Shown here piece after piece: positions 8,164 to 14,879 of a stretch of DNA of 32,000 nt (its first letter is position 1; every line of letters begins with the position of its first letter). The stretch spans positions 330,001-362,000 of the forward strand of contig NZ_LNTB01000001.1 in assembly GCF_001462395.1 (NCBI RefSeq), in the 5' to 3' direction. The position numbers and the translations under genes were made by a program. The notes below the pieces were generated by a model that ran no database searches, was not told the origin of the DNA, and saw only the letters and a program-made list of their open reading frames with translations. The DNA is from Pyrodictium occultum (GTDB lineage: Archaea; Thermoproteota; Thermoprotei_A; Sulfolobales; Pyrodictiaceae).

Positions 8164-9005
8164 TCCTCCAGCCTCTCGAGGACAAGCTTATCCAGGGCCA
8201 CCATGAGGGTTACGAGGAGCAGCCCCCAGGCGAACACTCCCCGGGGCTCGGCGAGGCTGTAGTAGGAAGCTATCATGTAGCCTATCCCGCCGCTGCTCCC
8301 GAACGCCTCGGCAACGACGCTTATCCGCAGAGCCGCTCCGAGGGCGGCGCGGCCGGCGCCCACGAGGGACGGGAGGAGGCTCGGCAGGAGGAAGTCCTTG
8401 TAGAGGCTCCAGCGGCCCGCGCCGAGCACTGCGGCGAGCTCGAGGAGCCTCGGGTTGGCGGATTCGAGGCCGGAGAGGAGGGAGGACAGCATTATCGGCA
8501 GCGCTACGAGGGCGGCTACCAGCACCGGGGGCAGGGGGCTCAGCACGCCGAAGAGCATGACCAGGACCACAACCCACACCAGGACGGAGACGCTCTGGAG
8601 CACCGTGTTGACTGCCCTCAGCGTCTCCCGCGCCAGAGGGCCCAGGGTGTAGAGGAGGCCCAGCGCGAGGGCGGCGGCCGTGCCCAGCGTGAAGCCGGCC
8701 AGCGACCTGGCTAGTGTGAGGAGCGTGTTCCGGAGCACCTTCCCCGGGCCCTCCTCCGCCAGGAAGATTATTGACTCCTCCACGCCGGGCACCTGGCCAG
8801 GGTAGGCTATGTGGGCTAGCTGCCAGGAAAGGGTTAGAAGCGCGAGCGCTACCGCCCAGCCTGCCAGAACGCGCCCTCCGCCAGAGACTCCGGGCTTGAG
8901 CTGATGTAGCCACCCTCCCGGGCCAGCCTCCAGACTGCCAGAATGTTCTCCACCATGCTCTCGGTGAGGCCCTTCTCCTCGTTCATCCTTACCCTCTTCC
9001 AGCAA
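8124..9005 (-). CDS. ABC transporter permease (SsuC/TauC-like)
   Basis: Multiple TM segments and an EAA-like loop (LESANPRLLELAAVLGAGRWSLYKDFLLPSLLPSL). The only in-frame start before TM1 is TTG at 9005, which gives a 157-nt overlap with the binding-protein gene. Confidence 0.75.
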   Translation of the reverse strand: MLEEGKDERGEGPHREHGGEHSGSLEAGPGGWLHQLKPGVSGGGRVLAGWAVALALLTLSWQLAHIAYPGQVPGVEESIIFLAEEGPGKVLRNTLLTLARSLAGFTLGTAAALALGLLYTLGPLARETLRAVNTVLQSVSVLVWVVVLVMLFGVLSPLPPVLVAALVALPIMLSSLLSGLESANPRLLELAAVLGAGRWSLYKDFLLPSLLPSLVGAGRAALGAALRISVVAEAFGSSGGIGYMIASYYSLAEPRGVFAWGLLLVTLMVALDKLVLERLEEWARRWAALPRQQ

Positions 9006-9889
9006 AGCTCCGCCGCCCCCTCGCTGAGCCCATAGCCCTTGACGAGTATGGAGGCCGCCAGGGCCTTATCCCGGTTCCACTTCCTGGCCGCCTCCGCCCT
9101 GGCCTCCTGGAGCCGCTCCACGAGCCCGGGGTGGCTCCGGGCCCAGCTGCCCCTGGCGGCGTAGACCACCATGACCCCGTTGTCGCCGACGCTGCCGTTC
9201 CAGCTGCGCCAGAAGCCGCTGTATGTAGCCACTATCCTGCCGCCCATGTCGGCGACCATCTTAGAGACCAGGGGCTCCCAGAGGACCACCGCGGCCACGT
9301 CGCCCCTCTCGAACGCCTGGAGCAGCTGGGGCGGCGGCGCGTCCACGAGCTGCATCTCCTTCTCAACGTCGATGCCGTAGAGGACCCTCATATAGGCCTT
9401 GAACATGGCGTATGTGCCGGTGGGCTTGAACATGCCCACCCTGCGGCCCCGGAGATCCTGGACCGTCTCGATCCCAGAGCCGCGCCTGGCGACCACCGCC
9501 TGGTTCTGGTAGAAGTCGACAGCTATTATGACAACGTCGCTGCCGTGCTCGCGGAGCTTGGCCACGAACTCCGCCGGTATCACAGCCGCGTCTAGGTCTC
9601 CACGCGCCAGTGCATTGGCGAGGTCGAGCGTCTTGGTGAAGTAGACCACCCTCACGTCTATACCATGCTTCCTGTCGAGCCCCAGCTCCTTTATGACGTC
9701 GAGGCTCGAGATGCCGCCGCGCAGCGTGCCGACACGCACTACCGGCAGGGCGGCGCCCTGCTGGCCCGCTGTGCCCGTCTCCGGCGCCTGGGCGCCAGGC
9801 CCGCCCCCGTGGATCAGGAGGGCCGCAGCTACAGCGGCTATAGCGGCCAGCGCGGCTGCCACCGCTATCCAGGCGCGTCGGGCCGCCAC
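8849..9889 (-). CDS. ABC transporter substrate-binding protein (NMT1/THI5/SsuA-like)
   Basis: N-terminal hydrophobic anchor (AWIAVAAALAAIAAVAAALLI) followed by a periplasmic-binding-protein-like body. It is the first gene of a binding protein-permease-ATPase operon. Confidence 0.75.
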   Translation of the reverse strand: MAARRAWIAVAAALAAIAAVAAALLIHGGGPGAQAPETGTAGQQGAALPVVRVGTLRGGISSLDVIKELGLDRKHGIDVRVVYFTKTLDLANALARGDLDAAVIPAEFVAKLREHGSDVVIIAVDFYQNQAVVARRGSGIETVQDLRGRRVGMFKPTGTYAMFKAYMRVLYGIDVEKEMQLVDAPPPQLLQAFERGDVAAVVLWEPLVSKMVADMGGRIVATYSGFWRSWNGSVGDNGVMVVYAARGSWARSHPGLVERLQEARAEAARKWNRDKALAASILVKGYGLSEGAAELCWKRVRMNEEKGLTESMVENILAVWRLAREGGYISSSPESLAEGAFWQAGR

Positions 9890-9959
9890 GCCCGCACCAC
9901 CCCAGGGTGGTGGCGTAGGGGCCGCCTTTAAGCCGTGATGGGGATGATGATTGGCCCTT

Positions 9960-9992
9960 GCCCATCCTCCCCGGGCCTCGGGGAGGATGGGC
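9960..9992. repeat. Perfect 12-13 bp inverted repeat (CCCATCCTCCCC / GGGGAGGATGGG) with a 7-nt spacer
   Basis: Read directly: 9961-9972 is the reverse complement of 9980-9991, and G9960/C9992 extends the pairing. It sits between divergent TATA-like elements (CTTTAAG 9926-9932 for the ABC operon, GGTTAAGAG 10025-10033 for the MFS gene). Confidence 0.9.
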
Positions 9993-10065
9993 GCATAGAC
10001 GGGGGCTGACCCCGGCCCCGCACCGGTTAAGAGCCAGGGGCGGGGCTGGCCCTCGGGGCCGCGTC

Positions 10066-11124
10066 GTGGGGGATGGCGGGGAGCGCAGCGGGGGGCTCGG
10101 CCTGGCGGAGGAGGCGCTGGCTGTCGTACTCCTCTTCGGCGTCGTCAGCCTCCTCGGCGATATGAGCTACGAGGGGTTCCGGAGCGCGCTCCCGGTCCTG
10201 GTGAGGGGCGGGCTGGAGCTGGGCGGCGTCGTGGGCCTCGGCGAGGTGCTCGCCTGGAGCCTCCGGCCCGCCACGGGGCTGCTGGCAGACAGGCTGGGGG
10301 CCTACTGGGGGTTCACCGGGCTCGGCTACGCGCTCATACCGGTGGGGGTACTGGCGGCCTCCCAGGGCGGCGTCCTGCTAGTCCTCGGCTACGGCCTGGA
10401 GAGGCTCGGGAAGGCTCTGCGCAGCCCCAGCAGGGACGCGCTCCTCGGAGGACTGGCGGGCGGGAGGAGGGGCCTCGTCTTCGGCCTCCACGAGGCCATG
10501 GACCAGGTGGGGGCTGTGGCGGGGCCCCTGCTCGCCTACGCCGCGCTGGCCCGCGGAGCCGGCCTCTGGCTGCTCGCAGTCCCGGCCGCCTTCACGCTCC
10601 CGGTGCTCGCCGCCGCGTGGCGCCTCTACCCGAGGAGCGCCGTGCCGGGGCCGAGGAGGAGCCTCCGGGAGTCGCTCGGGGGAGGCTTGAGGGCCTCCCT
10701 CTACGTGGCGGCGGTTGGGACCCTTGTAGCAGGCCCCCTCGCGGTCGAGTACGTGGCGCGGGTGCTGGGCGGTGTGCCGCGGGGCTCTGCACCCCTACTC
10801 TATGCCGTAGCCATGCTCTCCGACGCGCTGGCCGCCGTGCCCCTCGGCGTGCTCTACGACCGCAGCCCCGGGGCGGCGGCGCTGCTCCCCGCGCTCTTCG
10901 GCGTGGCGGCCGGCGCCACGGTGCTCGCTGTGGGAGGCTCGCCCGCCGGGGCCCTGGCCGCGGCCGCGCTCAGCGGCGTCGCCGAGGCCGGGTTCGAGAC
11001 CGTCGCCCGCGCCATGGTCCGCGGCGGGGCCGGCGGCTACGGGCTCTACGGGCTGGCCCGCGGCGCCTCGGCGGCGGGGTCGATAGCGCTCTACAGCTGG
11101 CTCGCCGGCCTAGTGGCGGGCTAG
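10066..11124 (+). CDS. MFS-type transporter
   Basis: About 10-11 hydrophobic segments. GLLADRLGAYWG matches MFS motif A (GxLxDRxG). The track ORF begins at TTG 9958, but that part is Arg/Pro-rich and encodes the palindrome, so in-frame GTG 10066 is preferred. Confidence 0.6.
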   Translation: MGDGGERSGGLGLAEEALAVVLLFGVVSLLGDMSYEGFRSALPVLVRGGLELGGVVGLGEVLAWSLRPATGLLADRLGAYWGFTGLGYALIPVGVLAASQGGVLLVLGYGLERLGKALRSPSRDALLGGLAGGRRGLVFGLHEAMDQVGAVAGPLLAYAALARGAGLWLLAVPAAFTLPVLAAAWRLYPRSAVPGPRRSLRESLGGGLRASLYVAAVGTLVAGPLAVEYVARVLGGVPRGSAPLLYAVAMLSDALAAVPLGVLYDRSPGAAALLPALFGVAAGATVLAVGGSPAGALAAAALSGVAEAGFETVARAMVRGGAGGYGLYGLARGASAAGSIALYSWLAGLVAG

Positions 11125-11452
11125 AGGCTTGAACGCATCCCCGCGCCCCTGGGGGACGCGGGATGGACTGCGGCTTCAGGACAGCGTTCCCGCCTGGGCG
11201 CCTATGCTTCGCCGGCAGGCGGGTGGACCGGGGGCAACCTCTGCCCCTGGGGCGGCTGGCGGGGCTTGGATGGAGCGGGGAGAGGCTGGAGGAGATGAAC
11301 CTGGTTACGAGGCTTAGCAGGCTGGCAAGCCTCTCGGAGCCCCGGGAGCCCGGCCCGGATCCAGGGGTCGGCAGGGAGTGGGCGTGGCAGACGCCGGCGT
11401 ACAGGCTGGCGGCTGGGAGGCTCCTAGGCCTGGGCCCGGCAGGCTCACCGGG

Positions 11453-11463
11453 ATAAAGTATTA
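11453..11463 (+). promoter_or_regulatory. TATA-like box (ATAAAGTATTA) for the NurA-like gene
   Basis: This is the only AT-rich patch in the GC-rich gap and lies 33-43 nt upstream of GTG 11496. Similar GGATAAAG elements precede other genes here, for example at 26353. Confidence 0.4.
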
Positions 11464-11495
11464 CCCCTGTTCTCCCCGGTTTAGGGCGCCCTGCG

Positions 11496-12836
11496 GTGCC
11501 AAGGCTGGCCGGCGACTGGTTCGTAGACCTCTTCACGAGCGAGGCCGAGAAGCTCATAGAGTCTATCAGGCTGCGGGGCGGCGGCCGGCAGCTTGAGGGG
11601 CTCCCCTCCTACTGGTGGGTGCCTGGGCTCCCCGAGCCTGCCGGGAATAGGCGGGTCGCGGCCGTCGACGGGGGCGGGGGCCTGGAGCCCGCGGGGGGCG
11701 CCGGGGCCCTCTACATAGCCAGGGCCTACGGCTACGTGGAGGCGGGGGAGCCGGAGAGGGGGCTGGAGCTGCGCTACTACCCCGTCCGCGAGTCCAGGGT
11801 GCTGGACGCGCTCCGGAGCTGGCTGGAGCACAGGATAGCTGTGAGGCTGGCCCTGCGCCTGCCGCCGGGGAGCGTGCTGCTAATGGATGGCAGCCTCTGG
11901 GTCACGGTTACCGCCGGGCTGACCGCCCTGGCGAAGCTCGCCAGCCACGGGGCTCAGAGCCTGGGGCTGGTCTACACCGCGCTCCTCAGCGGCTACATGC
12001 TCGCCGAGATAGCGGGGCTCGTGAGGGCCGCGAGGGAGAGGGGCGTAACGGTAGCCTACGTCTCGAAGGACCACGGGTTCAGGGCGCTGAAGGAGAAGGT
12101 GCTCCTGGAGGCGGTGGCGGAGAGGGTGAGGGCGCTCCAGCCCCTCGCCTCGAGGGCGCTCGACTACTACCCGCTAGCCTTCCGGGAGCAGCTGCTGGAG
12201 GCGAGGAGGCTCGTCCCCCACGAGCTGCGCGGCGCGTTCGACGCCGCGCTGGATATGAGCTACCGGGACAGCTTCTTCATAGCCGACGCCGCCGGCCAGG
12301 GCCCGGGGTACAGCTGGGTCCTCCGCATGCCCCCTCCGCTGAGGCTCAGCAGGGCGCTGGCGAGGGGCGGGATCAAGGGCCTGGTAGAGCGCGCGGCCTC
12401 CCGGGCCGAGGCCCTCCTGGCGGGGGAGCCGGAGGCGGAGGAGTTCCGCTCGCTCGCCGAGAGGCTGCCGGGGCTGCTGGACGAGCTACCCTGCAGCAGG
12501 ATGATCTACGTGAGGCTGGGGGCGGGGGATGCCCCGCTCCTCGCCGAGTTCCCCGGAGAGCCGGGCTGCTACTACTCCCCCGGCAGGGTGCTGGAGGAGC
12601 CGGGCGCCCGGGAGGAGGAGCTGGTGGCGGTGCTCCGCGCCGGCTACGCCGGCCCCGAGTACTATAACGTGCAGCTCGTGGCCGCGCACATGAACGCCAC
12701 CCTCACCTCCAGCCAGCTTGCAGGCTACATTAGGCTCCTGGAGCAGCTCGCCGCGGCCCGGGGGCTGCAGCTGCGCCTGGCCAGGAGGAGCATTATGGGC
12801 AGGACGCTGGCCCGGCGGAGGCGCCGCCTCGTCTAG
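11496..12836 (+). CDS. NurA-like (RNase H-fold) nuclease domain protein
   Basis: 446-aa ORF with the NurA-type acidic motif pattern: RRVAAVDGGGG (first strand Asp), a Glu-containing helix (ESRVLDALRSWLEHRIAV), VLLMDGSLWV (DGS motif) and a C-terminal YNVQLVAAHMNATL. Recognised by eye only. Confidence 0.6.
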   Translation: MPRLAGDWFVDLFTSEAEKLIESIRLRGGGRQLEGLPSYWWVPGLPEPAGNRRVAAVDGGGGLEPAGGAGALYIARAYGYVEAGEPERGLELRYYPVRESRVLDALRSWLEHRIAVRLALRLPPGSVLLMDGSLWVTVTAGLTALAKLASHGAQSLGLVYTALLSGYMLAEIAGLVRAARERGVTVAYVSKDHGFRALKEKVLLEAVAERVRALQPLASRALDYYPLAFREQLLEARRLVPHELRGAFDAALDMSYRDSFFIADAAGQGPGYSWVLRMPPPLRLSRALARGGIKGLVERAASRAEALLAGEPEAEEFRSLAERLPGLLDELPCSRMIYVRLGAGDAPLLAEFPGEPGCYYSPGRVLEEPGAREEELVAVLRAGYAGPEYYNVQLVAAHMNATLTSSQLAGYIRLLEQLAAARGLQLRLARRSIMGRTLARRRRRLV

Positions 12837-12884
12837 CCAGGGGATAAGGTCTGGGGCTGCTCTGAGGCCCCGGGGGGCAGGGGC

Positions 12885-13688
12885 TTGGCTGGGGCTAGGA
12901 GGGAGCCCGTCCCGGCTATGCTGCTTCTTCGGGGCCGGGTGCTCGGCGCCCGGGTCCCCAGGGTAGGCTCCCGCTGGCTAGGCGGCCTCATGGTCGAGCT
13001 TGAGACGGGGGCGCGCGTCCACCTCCTCATGCCCGGGGCTATAGCCAGGTGGATGCAGAGGGGCGAGAGGGTCGAGGTGCGCTTCCTGGAGGAGCCCGAG
13101 AACCTTGGAGGCGTGTACGTCGCCCCCAGGGACACGTTCGAGCTTTGGAGGATCTGGGGCGGGGAGGAGGGGGAGGAGAGGATCCAGGTCTGGCCCCTCT
13201 GGAGGAGGGAGGCCCGGCTCGAGCGGGAGAGCGTGCTGGGGGAGAAGGTCTACGAGTACCGCGTCGTCGCCAGGGAGGCTGAGAGCGAGGAGGACTTCAA
13301 GGAGATTGTCGGGCTCGAGCAGTACCACTACGCTAGCAAGGAGGAGGTCGTAGCTATATGGAGGTGCCCGGTCTGCGGCGCCTACGCCGAGGCCAACGTG
13401 CAGCCCACCTGCCCCCGATGCGGGGTGCCGATGAAGCTGCAGGAGATAAGGGGGAGCCTCCCCTCGAGCCGCTTCATGGTGCTCGAGCTCGTCTCCAGGG
13501 AGCCCTACGAGCCGAGGATAGTGGCGTACGTTAGGGTCGACACGCCGATACCCTTGATGCACCGCCGGATAGTCCGCGAGGACGGCAGGGTCGAGATAGA
13601 GAGGATGATAAGGGGAGAAGATGTTCCCCCGGGACTGGTTCCACCCGACCTTCTGGCCCCTGGCCTACGCGAGGAGGGCCGAGCTTAG
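12885..13688 (+). CDS. Fragment 1: N-terminal beta-rich region, GNAT N-terminal half and a CxxC-x11-CxxC zinc ribbon
   Basis: 267-aa ORF with a TTG start (ATG 12918 is an alternative). Zinc ribbon CPVCGAYAEANVQPTCPRCG lies at 13365-13421. FMVLELVS...RIVAYVRVDT looks like GNAT strands beta2-beta3. The last ~20 codons after 13630 look out-of-frame. Confidence 0.55.
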   Translation: MAGARREPVPAMLLLRGRVLGARVPRVGSRWLGGLMVELETGARVHLLMPGAIARWMQRGERVEVRFLEEPENLGGVYVAPRDTFELWRIWGGEEGEERIQVWPLWRREARLERESVLGEKVYEYRVVAREAESEEDFKEIVGLEQYHYASKEEVVAIWRCPVCGAYAEANVQPTCPRCGVPMKLQEIRGSLPSSRFMVLELVSREPYEPRIVAYVRVDTPIPLMHRRIVREDGRVEIERMIRGEDVPPGLVPPDLLAPGLREEGRA

Positions 13689-14286
13689 GAAGAGGTTCCA
13701 GGAGCTGGCGGAGCTCTACGGCTCGAGGAGGATAGCCCGGGCGGCCGTGGGCGAGGAGATAGCGGAGGAGGCGCTCCGCCGCGCCAACACCGCCGCGGCG
13801 AGGATCGCGAGGGTGGTGGTGCACCCCGACTACCGCGGCGACGGCCTCGGCGTCCTAGCGGTTAGGATGGCTCTCGAGTGGATCGCCGAGAGACGGATAC
13901 CCGAGATGAAGAGGAGGAAGCACGTGGTAGAGACCATAGCCCAGATGGCTAGGTACAACCCGTTCTTCGAGAAGGCGGGGTTCCGCTACATGTGGGACAC
14001 CGCGAGCGGCCGCCCAGTGCTCATGTACCCGCTGACCCAGGAGGCTCGGAGGAGGATCGAGGAGTTCCTCGAGAAGGACCCCTACGCCCGCCGCCACGGC
14101 GGCAGGCTGTTCAGGCCCAGGTACGGGAGGGTTGAGCCCCTAAGCTCGCCAGTAAGGCTCGTAAACGTGACCAAGATGTACAGCGGCGAGCTCGACGTCT
14201 CCAGGCTGCCCCCGGGGCTGCAGGAGGTGCTCCGCGCCTTCGGGGCGGAGAGGAGGAGGGGGAGCGCTACGTGCTCCGCAACGTGA
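13621..14286 (+). CDS. Fragment 2: GNAT acetyl-CoA-binding core plus the first strand of the ABC domain
   Basis: RIARVVVHPDYRGDGLGVLAV (motif A, R/Q-x-x-G-x-G/A; 13801-13860), NPFFEKAGFRY (GNAT alpha4), then VRLVNVTKMYSG, typical of the first ABC NBD strand. Confidence 0.6.
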   Translation: MFPRDWFHPTFWPLAYARRAELRKRFQELAELYGSRRIARAAVGEEIAEEALRRANTAAARIARVVVHPDYRGDGLGVLAVRMALEWIAERRIPEMKRRKHVVETIAQMARYNPFFEKAGFRYMWDTASGRPVLMYPLTQEARRRIEEFLEKDPYARRHGGRLFRPRYGRVEPLSSPVRLVNVTKMYSGELDVSRLPPGLQEVLRAFGAERRRGSATCSAT

Positions 14287-14879
14287 ACCTGGAGATAGGG
14301 CCGGGCGAGGTGGTGGCCGTGGTGGGCGCGAGCGGGGCCGGGAAGACCACGCTCCTCCGCATGATAGTCGGCGCCGCGCTGGGGGAGAGCAGCGAGAAGT
14401 ACCGGCCCAGCCAGGGCAGGGTCGAGGTGCCAGGCAACGTCAGGCTCGCCGTCCTCCTGCCCGGCGAGATGGAGCCCGGCTTCGGGGAGGCCCTGCTGGA
14501 GCACGTCGCCAGGAAGATCGGCGACCCCGCCGCTGCGGTGGAGGTGCTCAACGCTGTGGGGCTGAGCGACGCCATCTTCTACCGGGCGAGGTTCGATGAG
14601 CTGTCGACAGGGCAGAAGGAGAGGGCGAGGCTCGCAAGCCTCCTGGCGGAGAGGCCCAACCTCATGATAGTGGACGAGTTCACAGCACATCTAGACAGGC
14701 TGACGGCCCAGAGGGTTGCTAGGAAGCTCGGCGCCCTAGCCCGCCGCGCGGGGATAACGCTCATAGTCTCCACCAACAGGCCGGAGGTGCTCAGGGCGCT
14801 GGCCCCGGACAAGATAGTGCTCGTGGGCTACGGCTCCGCAGCCGTGGTGGAGGAGAGGGGCAGGAAGGCCGGGGCCTAG
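14271..14879 (+). CDS. Fragment 3: ABC-type ATPase nucleotide-binding domain
   Basis: Walker A GASGAGKT (14325-14348), signature LSTGQ, Walker B LMIVDE, D-loop FTAHLD. The H-loop position reads STNRPE (Asn instead of His). There is no adjacent permease. Confidence 0.8.
   Translation: MLRNVNLEIGPGEVVAVVGASGAGKTTLLRMIVGAALGESSEKYRPSQGRVEVPGNVRLAVLLPGEMEPGFGEALLEHVARKIGDPAAAVEVLNAVGLSDAIFYRARFDELSTGQKERARLASLLAERPNLMIVDEFTAHLDRLTAQRVARKLGALARRAGITLIVSTNRPEVLRALAPDKIVLVGYGSAAVVEERGRKAGA

Larger units (their letters stand above)
12885..14879 (+). pseudogene. Zn-ribbon/GNAT acetyltransferase/ABC-ATPase fusion gene, read through two frameshifts (three ORFs in frames 3, 1, 3)
   Basis: GNAT and ABC domain elements lie on both sides of the frame changes. 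Removing one C from the C5 run at 13626-13630 and adding one G to the G5 run at 14258-14262 gives one 664-codon ORF. The architecture matches my recollection of the archaeal family annotated as ABC-type ATPase fused to a predicted acetyltransferase domain (COG2401), which I have not verified. Confidence 0.6.

Noticed and set aside
9944-10009. Possible C/D-box sRNA: ATGATGA (C box) at 9944-9950 and CTGA (D box) at 10006-10009, 66 nt apart in an intergenic region.
   Set aside because: There are no recognisable internal D'/C' boxes. The interior is taken up by the 12-bp perfect hairpin, which is incompatible with single-stranded guide regions. The box matches are short enough to occur by chance.
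10990-11001. tRNA T-loop-like GGGTTCGAGACC.
   Set aside because: It lies inside the MFS coding frame. The flanks do not form T-stem, acceptor or anticodon arms. I noticed no other tRNA-like GTTCGAATC/GTTCAAATC elements on either strand.
11163-11456. 97-aa ORF in the long gap upstream of the NurA-like gene, considered as a real gene.
   Set aside because: It has no recognisable motif, a Gly/Arg/Pro/Leu-rich composition, and only part of it has coding-like codon style. I report it as an unexplained region rather than as a feature.
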